A stretch of 64,000 nt of DNA from Cyanophora paradoxa CCMP329. Lineage: Eukaryota; Plantae; Glaucophyta. Shown piece after piece: positions 19,813 to 30,734 of this stretch. The stretch spans positions 1-64,000 of the forward strand of contig QPMI01000427.1 of NCBI GenBank assembly GCA_004431415.1, written 5' to 3'. Each line of letters begins with the position of its first letter. Within the stretch, counting starts at the first letter, position 1. The translations under genes were made by a program, and so were the position numbers. The notes beneath the pieces are model-generated. The model searched no databases. It was not told the DNA's origin and saw only the letters and a list, made by a program, of their open reading frames with translations.

Positions 19813-20724
19813 TCAAAATTTACCCAATTTCTTTGCAAATTTTGGGCGGCGCTTTTCTTGGTATGCCAGCAATAGATTGGGGTCTTTAAGTAGGTCGGCT
19901 TCGATTATCCTTTTGGTGGATCGCTTTAAGGTTGCGACGTTTCCACTCACAGGTTTCGTAATATCGGTGGTTTGGGGTTGGTCGCCATTTACCGCGCCCG
20001 ACGTCGGTTTTACCGACTGTTTACCAGCGGTCTTTATGTCGTCCGCCGCTTTTTTAAAGAAGCGCTTGAATTTATATTCGTCGGGCACCGGATCCGCTTT
20101 GCCAACAGAGAATTCCAGGCTATATTTCGCATTGTTTACCACGATCACCTGATAGCTGTGACTGTATTCGGTCATCACCTTCTCGAACCAGCGCTTTTCG
20201 TATGGATTAAACTCGTCCTCGGCGCTCTCCATCTCTTTTCTATTGGGCAATGAGAACAGGAATATATATTCGGCGTTTACTCTGAGTGTCGGCGAAATTT
20301 TGGTGAGTTTTTGCGAGCAGATCCAGCAGCTCACAAACAGATGGCGTCCAGCCGTGAAAATACGATTTAGTATAGGCTCACCCTTTCCCGCCATCGATAA
20401 ACTCGGATTATCAATAAAATCGTCCAGCACAATTAACAGGTTACCGACTTTCTCCTTTTTCTTGATCCTCTCCTTGCGTTTCTCTATTATATTGTCGATC
20501 AGCTTATGGTCGAAATCCTCATACAGATACGATGTGACATTGTCGTATTGATGATTCCAGATCGTGGAGGCGAATATCATCACCGAATCGATCTTGTCCT
20601 CGTTGTGGTAAAGCAGGTATTTCAAAAAGACTGACTTCCCAGTCGCGGTTTTACCTACAAACAGTGCGCGACATGGAAACTCTAAGCTTCCCGGGTCAAA
20701 CTCACTCAGATCTTGTATATCCAT
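19813..20724 (-). CDS. A32-like (FtsK/HerA family) genome packaging ATPase
   Basis: Walker A LFVGKTATGKS, Walker B LLIVLDDF, GRHLFVSCWICSQ, PTLRVNAEY. Likely start MDIQDL at 20724. Confidence 0.93.
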   Translation of the reverse strand: MDIQDLSEFDPGSLEFPCRALFVGKTATGKSVFLKYLLYHNEDKIDSVMIFASTIWNHQYDNVTSYLYEDFDHKLIDNIIEKRKERIKKKEKVGNLLIVLDDFIDNPSLSMAGKGEPILNRIFTAGRHLFVSCWICSQKLTKISPTLRVNAEYIFLFSLPNRKEMESAEDEFNPYEKRWFEKVMTEYSHSYQVIVVNNAKYSLEFSVGKADPVPDEYKFKRFFKKAADDIKTAGKQSVKPTSGAVNGDQPQTTDITKPVSGNVATLKRSTKRIIEADLLKDPNLLLAYQEKRRPKFAKKLGKF

Positions 20725-20770
20725 TTCCCTTATAAGAAACATATAAAAATTACGAAACGCGACAGCCCGA

Positions 20771-22219
20771 TTAAGCGCTGATGCGAGACAAGCCGTTGGC
20801 ATTCATTACAAGAATATTGTGGCAGTAAGCCGAGATCTGAACACCGACCTTTGTCCAGGTGGCGAGGGGTGTGCCATTGGGTGTGAGGATTAGGAAGCTC
20901 GACGCTGATTGCGTTAGATCGACGTAGCCAGTCGCCTTCTCACCTTTGAGTGCCGCTTTACCATCGAGAGCAAAGCAGAAGCCAGTGTAAATGGGGCGCT
21001 TGTTGCTATCGATCCAGTTAGTCATCTTGAATTTATCGGCGAGCTCCATAGCCGCGGATTGCAGCGGGACACCAGTGTTAGAATATAGGTAATTGTTGTT
21101 ATTTAGAACTTGCATCACGACATTATCATCGAAGGCAAGGGTGCGGACAGTAGAGTGCCCTCCTTTATTATCGCCGAGTGTGTTTTCGTCGCGAACCTTG
21201 ACAACAAGTGCGTAAACAAGTCCAGAAATTTGAGATAGCGACAGGCGGAGACCAGAGCCGAGAGCAAGACCGGTATAATCCGCAAACTGAATATCAGTGT
21301 AGGGGATGGCGATGCCAGAGGTCTTAACACGAGTAATGATTTCGCCCATCGTTTCCTCATCGATGTTAACAGCGTCCATAACAATACGAGGGGTCGTCAT
21401 TTCCAGATTCGCAAGTGCAGGTGTAGGTGTGAGAGCCGCACTATCGAAAATCGCAGTGGCACCCGAGTGAGCTAAGGTCTTAATATTTCCGAAAGCAGCC
21501 GCTTGAGCAAGCGTTGTCTCGCCATCAGTAGAATTGGTCGCAGTAATTGCAGCAGCGTTATTCTGAGCGTAAACGCCAGGAACCGCCGCAGTTTCGAGCA
21601 GCGCAGGGGTTTGGAAATATACTTCGACCGCGATTTCGGATGGGAGCGCACCGATGGGCACGCCAGCATCGAGGAAGCTCGGAATTCGCATGGTAAAAAT
21701 GCCGCCAGCTTGGTTGCCGCCCTCTACCTTCGGTCCGAGATGCAGCCCATGCTTGCGCTTCTTTTGGTCGAATTCAGCCGGAGTGTTAGCCAGGAAAGCG
21801 TAATCTACCAGGCGCTCAGCCGGAATAATTTGCTCATACGACCCGTATTTAATGCTGACTCGCTGAACAAACGAGCCAGGAAGCCCGCGGACGAATCCAG
21901 TGTTGAATAGATCAGCCGAGCAGTCAGCAGAGGTCTTGGCGATGGCAGTTAGCGCCTTCGCCGACGGGATGGTAACTTGGAGGCTAATACCATTGCACCA
22001 ATTGTAGCGAGGGAGATAGAAGACCACACGAGTGGTAGCACCAGTAGAGGAGAACAGATTGCCGGGATCCGCAATTGGGAGCACCTCCACACGAGAAGGC
22101 TTGAATTGTTTGTCCACACCCACGATAAATCCGCGATCCAAAAGCATGCTCTTGTAATCCTCCGGGGTTTCGAGGACGGATTTGAGCGTGAGGCGGCTAA
22201 GCGAGGTCGTGGGATCCAT
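20771..22219 (-). CDS. Probable double jelly-roll major capsid protein
   Basis: 482 aa, beta-rich, next to the ATPase. Strand patterns VVFYLPR..ISLQVTIP, FVQRVSIKYG, RIPSF...PIGAL..IAVEVYF, GYVDL and C-terminal ISAYCHNILVMNANG are typical of DJR MCPs. Confidence 0.8.
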   Translation of the reverse strand: MDPTTSLSRLTLKSVLETPEDYKSMLLDRGFIVGVDKQFKPSRVEVLPIADPGNLFSSTGATTRVVFYLPRYNWCNGISLQVTIPSAKALTAIAKTSADCSADLFNTGFVRGLPGSFVQRVSIKYGSYEQIIPAERLVDYAFLANTPAEFDQKKRKHGLHLGPKVEGGNQAGGIFTMRIPSFLDAGVPIGALPSEIAVEVYFQTPALLETAAVPGVYAQNNAAAITATNSTDGETTLAQAAAFGNIKTLAHSGATAIFDSAALTPTPALANLEMTTPRIVMDAVNIDEETMGEIITRVKTSGIAIPYTDIQFADYTGLALGSGLRLSLSQISGLVYALVVKVRDENTLGDNKGGHSTVRTLAFDDNVVMQVLNNNNYLYSNTGVPLQSAAMELADKFKMTNWIDSNKRPIYTGFCFALDGKAALKGEKATGYVDLTQSASSFLILTPNGTPLATWTKVGVQISAYCHNILVMNANGLSRISA

Positions 22220-22252
22220 ATTTCGTTTTTATCTTCCGCTGAGAAATTTATT

Positions 22253-23539
22253 TTAGAAGAACGGATTATTTTTTACAGCCACCCCGCTCAACGCATTCGT
22301 TAAATTGCCGCAATGCGGGTAGTCCTCATAGAGCATTTTCGCGAATCCCTTATTAACAATGCGCTGTAAATCGTCGTCGGGCTCATCCACTCCCATAGTA
22401 ATTTCCAAAATGAATGTGTGCTCACAGCTTCCGAGGAAATACCTATAACCGCTCTCCGTGAGAATTTGAACGGTTAAACTATCAAAGGAGAGGCGGGTGT
22501 TAAAGTATTTCGTGAAAGCATCCGCCCCATAATTAATTAGCTCAGCATCAGCATAGGCTGTGCCTTTCGAAATCGGGATCTTAGCGAGGAATCCATTAGT
22601 AGCCTCGGTGCATGTCGTAAAAAGCGAGCAGTCCGGCTCTGTGATCTTTAAAACTATTGCATTATCCGGTGTATAATCAGGGGCAGTGCCTCCGGCTATG
22701 CCTAAGACCAGAGCCGTCGAATTATAATTGCGGAATGCATCACCAGCTGAGTAAACGACACCACTCCCAGCAAAGGCTGTATAGCCCGATCCGTTGTATT
22801 GATCTATCATTATATTCTCTCTGATCGATGTAAACCCGAGAAGAGTCATCGTGCGATAGGCGAGCACCTTTCTTTCATTCGCAGTAGACCCAGTGGCATT
22901 ACTCGGACCATATTTAGTGAAAGCTATGTAGACATAATCACTCGAATAAAAGCATATGGCATTTAATGTGCTCTCAAAACGGCATCTCACCACCGGGTAA
23001 AAGGTTCCCCCTGTCGATGCGTAGCTTGGATTAATTTTTGTGTCGATCATATCCTTGATGTAGTTGCCAGTTCCATTTTTCGTTAAGATGTTATCGATTG
23101 CAGTGGCAAGGTCGGTTCCAGTCGAGTATGTGCCAGGAGGGATCGTAATTGCTACGTCCCTGTATCGGGTATATCTTCTGAAAGTGTTTAGGTAATCAGG
23201 CGGTATATAGTTGCCTTGGTCGCCGAAATCTATCGCTTTGTATGCTTCGTATATTGCAGTTGCCTGTGAATCTCTGATTTCCTGAGTGGCACCATTCAGC
23301 TGACCGCTCGAAAATCGGTAAGGAAAGGATATGAAAATCGTATTAGCATCCTCGGCTTTCGTCTCCCCGATCTCAGTATAGAATTGAGGGCTTGGAACCG
23401 TCGGAATCGTGTTGGAAAATTCGATCTGTCGCACAGCGATGCTCTTCACATTGTGGTATTGCTTTGGAAGGGTCACCTTATAGGAATGAGCCGAGCCCTC
23501 TGATCGATCACGGCTACTGATGCTGAGATACTCGCGCAT
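22253..23539 (-). CDS. Minor capsid (penton-like single jelly-roll) protein 1
   Basis: N-terminal YLSISSRDR...SYKVTLPKQYHNVKSIAVRQIEFSNT and C-terminal LAKIPI...DSLTVQILTESG..Y...EHTFILEI, the penton pattern of PLVs and NCLDVs. Confidence 0.75.
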   Translation of the reverse strand: MREYLSISSRDRSEGSAHSYKVTLPKQYHNVKSIAVRQIEFSNTIPTVPSPQFYTEIGETKAEDANTIFISFPYRFSSGQLNGATQEIRDSQATAIYEAYKAIDFGDQGNYIPPDYLNTFRRYTRYRDVAITIPPGTYSTGTDLATAIDNILTKNGTGNYIKDMIDTKINPSYASTGGTFYPVVRCRFESTLNAICFYSSDYVYIAFTKYGPSNATGSTANERKVLAYRTMTLLGFTSIRENIMIDQYNGSGYTAFAGSGVVYSAGDAFRNYNSTALVLGIAGGTAPDYTPDNAIVLKITEPDCSLFTTCTEATNGFLAKIPISKGTAYADAELINYGADAFTKYFNTRLSFDSLTVQILTESGYRYFLGSCEHTFILEITMGVDEPDDDLQRIVNKGFAKMLYEDYPHCGNLTNALSGVAVKNNPFF

Positions 23540-23566
23540 TTTATTCTTTATTAATAGGAAATAAAA

Positions 23567-24541
23567 ATGATTCGGAAGCCAGTTAACGATTTCTATAATG
23601 GCAAGTTTACGAGGGTCAATGTTAATATCGATTCTATTGAGCGCAGTGCAGGGCACCCGGGAGAATATACAGTAAAGCTTTCTCAGCGACTTCTGAACGT
23701 AAAAGGGGTGCGCATTGCGAGTGCCGAGCTCCCGAACACGATTTATGCTGTCACCGATAATTCCAGAGGCGTGACCATACAGGGAATGACGAACACCATC
23801 ACCTTTTCCCCTTTCCCTGATATTGGGAACTACACCCCAGCGATTTGGGGATATGGTAATAAGAACTTAGGCTATTCGGGCAGCTTTGTCGATGTAAACC
23901 CTCTCACAAGCGAAAGCGTCACAGTTTACTACAAGTGGCTCTATAATCCAGCGACAATGAAACTCACCTTTTATTCAAGCATTCCTCTAACACTGAGCTG
24001 TGCTTATGACGACTTTGCACGATTCCATGGAATGGTCAAAGGGCAGGTTTACCAAACAGCAGTCGCAGAAAAAGGAAGCCCTCACTATCAGGTCTCGTAT
24101 GCTGATGTGACCCCATTCCACTTGCAGTATTCATTCTTGCAAGCATTCGAGGGTCGCTCAATATTCCCGCCTAATTTACCAATATCCGAGAAATTCCTAT
24201 ACAATGCAGTGACCTTCCCGAATGCGATCAATTTAAATCCGACCCCCTATGTTTACCTACAAATTAAAGAGTTTACTCCCTTTTACGACAGGTATATGGT
24301 GGCAGCAAAGACAGATGAGGGCGGAAATGCAAACCTCGCTAAGATTCCACTGACCAGCCCCTTGGGATCGTTTGTTTACTACCTGACATTCCGCAGAATC
24401 GATACTGTGGAGTTCTTTAATTCCCACGATCAGGCTTATGACATAGACACCCTCACCATTAAATGGCTCGACGCCTACAATAATGTAGTCAACTTTAATG
24501 GCGTTAATCACAGCTTTATATTAGAGGTGCTATCGGGTTAA
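23567..24541 (+). CDS. Minor capsid (penton-like) protein 2
   Basis: NIDSIER...YTVKLSQRLLNVKGVRIASAELPNT...PYVYLQIKE...LAKIPL...IDTLTIKWLDAYNNVVNFNGVNHSFILEV; a clear paralogue of 22253-23539. Confidence 0.78.
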   Translation: MIRKPVNDFYNGKFTRVNVNIDSIERSAGHPGEYTVKLSQRLLNVKGVRIASAELPNTIYAVTDNSRGVTIQGMTNTITFSPFPDIGNYTPAIWGYGNKNLGYSGSFVDVNPLTSESVTVYYKWLYNPATMKLTFYSSIPLTLSCAYDDFARFHGMVKGQVYQTAVAEKGSPHYQVSYADVTPFHLQYSFLQAFEGRSIFPPNLPISEKFLYNAVTFPNAINLNPTPYVYLQIKEFTPFYDRYMVAAKTDEGGNANLAKIPLTSPLGSFVYYLTFRRIDTVEFFNSHDQAYDIDTLTIKWLDAYNNVVNFNGVNHSFILEVLSG

Positions 24542-24559
24542 AATAATCTTATATTACAA

Positions 24560-27500
24560 ATGAGTATCACGAATCTCCCCTTTATCACTCGGGAAACCTT
24601 GTATTTGGATGACGGTTTCGAGCTCAGCAGTAACATTACCGCTTCCAATGTGACCATATCTTCGAACCTTGTGGTAAAAGACTTTCTATTAAATCAGAGT
24701 AACCTTGAATATATTGATATCACCAGCAATCTCCCTTTTACCTATGGCACTGATAACTCAGCCCTCGTAATATATCATGGGGCTCACCTGTTGCATTCTT
24801 TGGCAGCAATTTCCCCACAGTGAGAACCTTTCAGCACGAAATCAATAAAGCCCGCCCCATCCCACTGACAGCTGTCGTCGAATGGGATCCTGTTAAATAT
24901 TCGCAGAGAATCACAAGCAATATCACTCTGACCCGACCGCATTTAATTGATGTCATGGGGGTCGACTTGTAAAGGAGTTTTATAGTGAGCGATTCACAAG
25001 AAACGAGCGAGATGTAGCCCAGGATCTCGAAATTTCGGGTTTATCAATTGCTACCGCAGCAAACACGGCAGGGCTCGCTGTTTTAACAGGTGCAATCACC
25101 ATCACTGATGCGATCATGTATTTATCCCGCGATTTGGTGCCTTTGCTCGATCATCAATTTAATCTCGGGCAATCTAACACTGATGCTGTTAAGAAATGGC
25201 TCAATGTGTATGCCTATGATGGGTGGTTTGATGACTTGCACACGACTTACCTTTATAGCACGACCTCAAAAACAAGTAACATAATCTTGCCTTTCAATCA
25301 GTCAGTCCGACCCAGTGATTTACCCACTGATGAGAGAGCTCTGATCAGCTATAATGACTTTAACAGCAATCTTTCCCGCTCAGTTTCGCGAACTGAGACC
25401 TACGAGGTCACAGGTTACCCTCAAAAGATCGCAGGGCTCGAAGTCTATGTGGTGTATGCTGATAGCCCGACCTATACATTTACATGGGGTCAATTGGGTG
25501 TCACAGGTTTCGAGGCTTTACCTACTGTGACCTTGGTCGATCATACAGTTTACTATAACAATGTTACTTACACTAATGAATCTAATAAAGCATATGTCCA
25601 TAATATCACCTCCACAGGGTTCCAGGTTTCGTTTATCAATCTTAGTAATTTAATTACCATCCGAAACTCTTCACTAAACAGCATAGCAAATGTGAGCTTC
25701 ACTCTTACTATCAATTATGTCACCCCTGTCTTCGATAGCAAACCCAGAGTAAAGATTTACCGCGATTTACAGGGTAGCAATATCGTGCCCTTCTCACAGA
25801 ATTTGGATCTTGGGGCGAACTCTTTAAGGTGGAACACAGTTTATTCTTTGAATGCAAACACCTGTAATATTGTGGTCGCAGGATCATCGGCTACTATTGG
25901 AGAACTGACCGCCCCTTTTAGAAAGGAGTTTCTCAGAGAACTGTATATAACAAAGTCTGATTTACCAGATGCTATTTCGTTGGTGCTCTCCCCCACTCCC
26001 AGTATATCCTACCACAATGTGAAAGACACAAGTAATGTAGTGCAGAGGGGAAGCAAAGTATTCCAGGCATCCGAGATATCAGCATCAACATATAGATACC
26101 TTGCAGGGGTTCCAGCGAATTTTAATTTCACATTTGAGACACCTTTTGTTTCCCCTCCTACTATTGAAATAACAGATACGAATTTGTATGTGATCAATAA
26201 TGGATCATCTACCTCTCTCAACAATGCGCCCCTTGGTTACTCTCCATTTGTCGCCACAAATATAACAACAACCGGCTTTACACTTGTCGGAAATGCAACA
26301 GTGACCTATGCTCTGTCAGGATATCCTGTTGGATTATATTTTGCGAAGTTTAATCTTACTCCAACCCCACCTGTGTCCCTTTCTCCTCCCTTTACTATCA
26401 GTTGGAAGGCAACAGGAACTATTCCACGATTCGACCCCGAAGATCGCTTGAAAATTAGGTATCCTCTCGATGTGACCGACCTCCATACTACGAGAATAAA
26501 TGGGCAGAATTTCGTATTTAATGGAACCAATGCGACTCTGATCAATAACAGTGTCACAAATAATTACTTTTTCGATTCTCGATATATTAATACTTGCAAC
26601 ATTGTCATACAGAACACGTTTGAGAATCGCAGTAAGACCTTAACAGTCACCTTGCCCACTCACTCGAATGTCTCAGATGGATTTCACTATTATCTTTTCA
26701 ATCGCAATTACACCTCCTATATTCCATATCCTTCTGAGACTGTCAACATGAGCTATCCCAGAGTCACCCTAACATCGACCAATGCTGACTTCTTTGGATC
26801 CACCGACTTTATGACCTTCTTTGCTTTCACATCCTCTACTGATGGGCTCTTAGTTTATTACACTTTCAGGTATGATGCTGTTTGGACTCAGCTTGACAGC
26901 CACCCAAATACAGATGTCATCGAAGTGGGCGATAAGAAATATATTAAAACCGCTTCCCCATGGGTGTGCACTGTCCGGCTCGATGATAGATACACTCCCA
27001 ACCTAAATAACATTGGAATGCACTCGACATGTAATATTTATGTGCAAGGTGCAATTTCGGCTACCAAATATTTCGAGGGTGGGAACTGTGATGCAGCCCA
27101 TAGGTTGCTATCGCGAAATGGGCTCTTTGAGTCATTCAGTGGGACGGCTCTACCGCCCTTTATCAGGGACACAGTCTATGATACTACATGCAATATTTGG
27201 GTGTGCCGATCTGTGAGCAATCCGCCTGTGACAAAGGAATTATATAAATACCTGTCAGATACCTATGGTGCAATTACAGGGTCTTCAACAGGAAATCCAG
27301 CAACGGCTCCCATCGTGTTTGCGAATGCATACACAGCGCCGACATCATTAGCAGGGTCGACAGAACCGCCACCAAACGATCCCAATCCAAACACACCTAA
27401 GCCAGATCCCGATTCGAAAAATCCCCCTACAACTAATCCAGATCCAAACACGACACCTAATAATCCCTCAAATCCTACAAACCAGCCCGTGGGTCGTGGT

Positions 27501-27878
27501 GTCGATCCAGGACTGATAGTTATTGCTGTGGTTGTGCCTGTTATTACTTTATTCGGGGGTATACTTGCATACAAATTTCGGGCTTTATGTTGTGCATGTT
27601 GTGATCGGGTCATTGCAGGTGCAGGGAATAAATATTCGGCACCAGAGATGAATGTGACCCAAACAGCCGAAGGAGATGTGGGGTTAGAGGTGAGGTCAGC
27701 CGAGGGGAATGGTCTAAGTGTTGTGAGAACTGATCAACCACCAGCAAGTAGGGCAGCACCCAAAAAATCGCGAGCAGAACGAAGGGCTGAATCAATAATA
27801 AAAGATAATGCAGACTTTATGGCGGAAATGGCACAGCGAGAGGGCAGAACATACGAGCTTCTCCCGATGCGACCTTAA
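24560..27878 (+). CDS. Large fibre/spike-like protein with C-terminal transmembrane segment (5' part frameshifted; main ORF 25116-27878)
   Basis: SN/CN-type repeats and Thr/Asn-rich beta segments (FTFETPFVSPPTI...ISWKATG), a Pro/Asn linker, hydrophobic GLIVIAVVVPVITLFGGILAY, then CCACC. The reading frame is open upstream of 25116 to about 24975; 24560-24823 may be the true N-terminus or a separate gene. Confidence 0.7.
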
Positions 27879-27907
27879 TTTTTGTAGAATGCCTTAATAG
27901 AGAAATA

Positions 27908-29370
27908 ATGACGGAACCCATAGTAGAAACGACAGTAAAGAATGCTGTATTGGAAAATCAATTCTACATCACCCATAAAGATCTACCCAGTGAATCCAAT
28001 GATCTGATCGTTAATATGAAAGGCTATGTGATGGGAGCTATGGCTTCTAACCTATGGAATGACCTTTTCGGTTACGAGTTTGGTCACATCTATGACATTG
28101 CAAATGGGATCGGCTATGTGGATGCAATGGCAGGCACAGCCTTTCGCAATTTAAATTGCAACTGTGTGGGTGGGTGGATGTTTCAGATCTGTTCAAATGT
28201 CGATCCTACTATTGATCCCGCCACGATTACCTTTGATTGCAATCTGTTTGCCCCCAAAACCATTTTCTCCATCACTTGCAATCTCGTTAATTCGGATGTG
28301 CCCATAGTAGCACCTGTAATAGGTGCATCAAATATGTATATCCAAAGAAACCCGGTCGTGCATACAGGTGCCGAATTTATATTGGGCGACAACACCCCAA
28401 TTAGTCGACTCGAATTGCCCACGAATTTCACCTTTAATCTCGTGGATGAGTTCCCTAACAGTCAAAGTCTTATGTATTTCACCTCTGAAAATCGCCTTTC
28501 GGGTGCATTCTCACCCATTGAGCTGTCTATACCGAAGCAAAAGGTGAGCTATAAAGAGCTTACAGATGTGCCGGCGGGATTTAGTGGGAAGTGGAGTGAT
28601 ATCATTCAGAAGCCGACTTGGAGTAGTGTAGCATACACAGGAAATTACTATGATCTTGTAAATCCTCCCGATTTCACAAGCTATATACCTCGTTGGATTG
28701 ATCAAGGTGTAATTATATCAGAATCTACACTCCCTTTCAATGGGACATGGATAGGTTATTTACTAAGCCGAATTTGCATGCTGTTGCCACAAGTGGTGAT
28801 TACAACGATTTAACTAACACCCCTATTGCACCGACCTTGCATGCTGTGGCTACAAGTGGGAGCTATACAGATTTAGTTAATACACCAAACTTGCATGCTG
28901 TGGCTACAAGCGGGAACTATGACGATTTAATTAACACACCCACTTCGCCACCTACTCACAATCACAGCATCGAGTTGCTCACGAATTTCGGTAGTTATGT
29001 GAATCCAAATGCATATGTGCAACAAGGGACAATGGATGTAGTAATTCCTGCCGGAGTCTATTACAAAGGGGATTTTACCACAGTATCGGGAACCGTTACA
29101 TTCTCAACCCCATTTTTTAGTGATCCTGTAATTACTGCTACTCTCGAAAACAGTATTATTTTAACAAGTGTCGATTTCACCAATAGCATATATCTCTCTG
29201 CTGAATATCAGTTCGGAAATCGCATTGGGTTCAAAAATAAATTCACTTGGATTGCGATATTCACTTGTTACTCGGACATCAATTATAACAGTGTGATCCA
29301 AAGCAATCGCACCCTTAAACTCCATTGGATTGCTGTCGGACCTCTCCAAAACAATAATATTCTCGCTTAA
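27908..29370 (+). CDS. Tail-fibre-like protein with LHAVATSGxYxDL repeats (one frameshift near 28750)
   Basis: ORFs 27908-28813 and 28747-29370 join (NGTW-DRLFTKP) if one G is added at tggatagg. Contains three LHAVATSG.Y.DL.NTP repeats and a C-terminal VTFSTPFFSDPVIT...LHWIAVG fibre-tip domain. Confidence 0.75.
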
Positions 29371-29391
29371 TAAGTAAAGAACAATCAAAAG

Positions 29392-30414
29392 ATGTCAACT
29401 GTATTCACGCCTGTGTTTTCTTTGAGTGCAAGTGCTGTCCATAATGTCCAACACACAGTCTATGATTTATCTCCGAGCCATCCTTCGACTGAGACAGCGA
29501 AAACCGATTCTTTTAATGACCAAAGCATACTCAGAGTCAAAGAACTCAGAGCTGACAAGATTGATGGACTCGTTAAAGCTACTCAAATGATCGTATCTAA
29601 TCGACCCGCAATATCTTCGGGGCTGGTCACCAAAGAATATCTATATGAAGGTCAACAGGATTCCAAAACGGCTTTTAATCCGGCTGATAGGAATTCGGCG
29701 GCTTTTCAAGTTTACAGTGGAGGGGCATGGATTGGGACTGGACTGAGTGTGAATGGGACAGTGACAGCAACTTCTTATGGGGCTGTGAATGCAACCACTG
29801 GTGGATTTACTGGGCTCCTAACAGCAAGTGGTGGAATCAAAACGAATTCAATTGATACTGTGGGTGCAAGTGATAATTTTGTAATTAAGAGAGGCGGTGC
29901 AAATATTGCTTCTACCTTTGCTTCAAGTTACACAAGACCAAGCAATAGCACCACTTATAACTGGAATGGGTTCACTATTAATGGGACAAATTCATATCTT
30001 TCAACTCCAAACCATCCACGGTTTTGTTATGGTTTGAATGCTTCCCTTACAACAGCAGGGGATGTCACTGCATGGGGGTATTCATGGGCTACATCGACTT
30101 CATTTTCGAGTGGTGTCTTTACAGCACCTGTGAGTGGTGTTTATAGATTTATATTTAATGGAACAACTGGAAATACAGCAGACACCGCTGTTCAGTGGTT
30201 TATCAATGGTAGCGGGACATATGCAGGGGTTGAAATGCTTGGGTATTCTGGGGGGACTTCAACATCAAGTTCTTTCAGACCTATTTCAATGCAATGCATG
30301 ATTAATCTGGTAGCGGGGGATTCCATAAAGATAAGATTGGTCTCAGGAGCACTACATGCTTATACAACAAATGCCCATTGTTTCTGGTCGGGCGAATTAA
30401 TTTCTGTTACATAA
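29392..30414 (+). CDS. Fibre protein with C-terminal C1q/TNF-like domain
   Basis: FSSGVFTAPVSGVYRFIFNG ... INLVAGDSIKIRL ... FWSGELI is the C1q signature; Gly/Thr-rich shaft. Confidence 0.82.
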   Translation: MSTVFTPVFSLSASAVHNVQHTVYDLSPSHPSTETAKTDSFNDQSILRVKELRADKIDGLVKATQMIVSNRPAISSGLVTKEYLYEGQQDSKTAFNPADRNSAAFQVYSGGAWIGTGLSVNGTVTATSYGAVNATTGGFTGLLTASGGIKTNSIDTVGASDNFVIKRGGANIASTFASSYTRPSNSTTYNWNGFTINGTNSYLSTPNHPRFCYGLNASLTTAGDVTAWGYSWATSTSFSSGVFTAPVSGVYRFIFNGTTGNTADTAVQWFINGSGTYAGVEMLGYSGGTSTSSSFRPISMQCMINLVAGDSIKIRLVSGALHAYTTNAHCFWSGELISVT

Positions 30415-30423
30415 AGTAAAAGA

Positions 30424-30687
30424 ATGTCGAACATCTACCAAGTCGTTCTAACTGATACCGAGAAACTGGGAATGGAATACTGTGCCTTCTCTGTTCAGGA
30501 ATGGATTGATAATGTAGCTCATAATAGGGCGAGAATCGCTGTGGATGAAATCGTGGACAAAGAAGTTAAATCGTGTATTGGTGCTGGAATTCCGATTCCA
30601 CTCACAAAGGAAGCGATTGTAGAGCAAGCGTTTAATCGGGGGACTGTTCGAAAGGCAAGCGAAATTCCTGTGAGTGCTCCTATGTAA
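30424..30687 (+). CDS. Small phage-like protein downstream of the C1q fibre
   Basis: LTDTEKLGMEYCAFSVQEWIDNVAHNRARIAVDEIV resembles, from memory, small ORFs that follow C1q fibre genes in aquatic tailed phages. Confidence 0.65.
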   Translation: MSNIYQVVLTDTEKLGMEYCAFSVQEWIDNVAHNRARIAVDEIVDKEVKSCIGAGIPIPLTKEAIVEQAFNRGTVRKASEIPVSAPM

Positions 30688-30734
30688 AGAGAGATGGGTT
30701 TATTGTTATTTTTCATAGATCATGCATAAGAAAG

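Noticed and set aside
28740-28760. Programmed ribosomal frameshift joining the two fibre ORFs
   Set aside because: No slippery heptamer; a single missing G explains it more simply.
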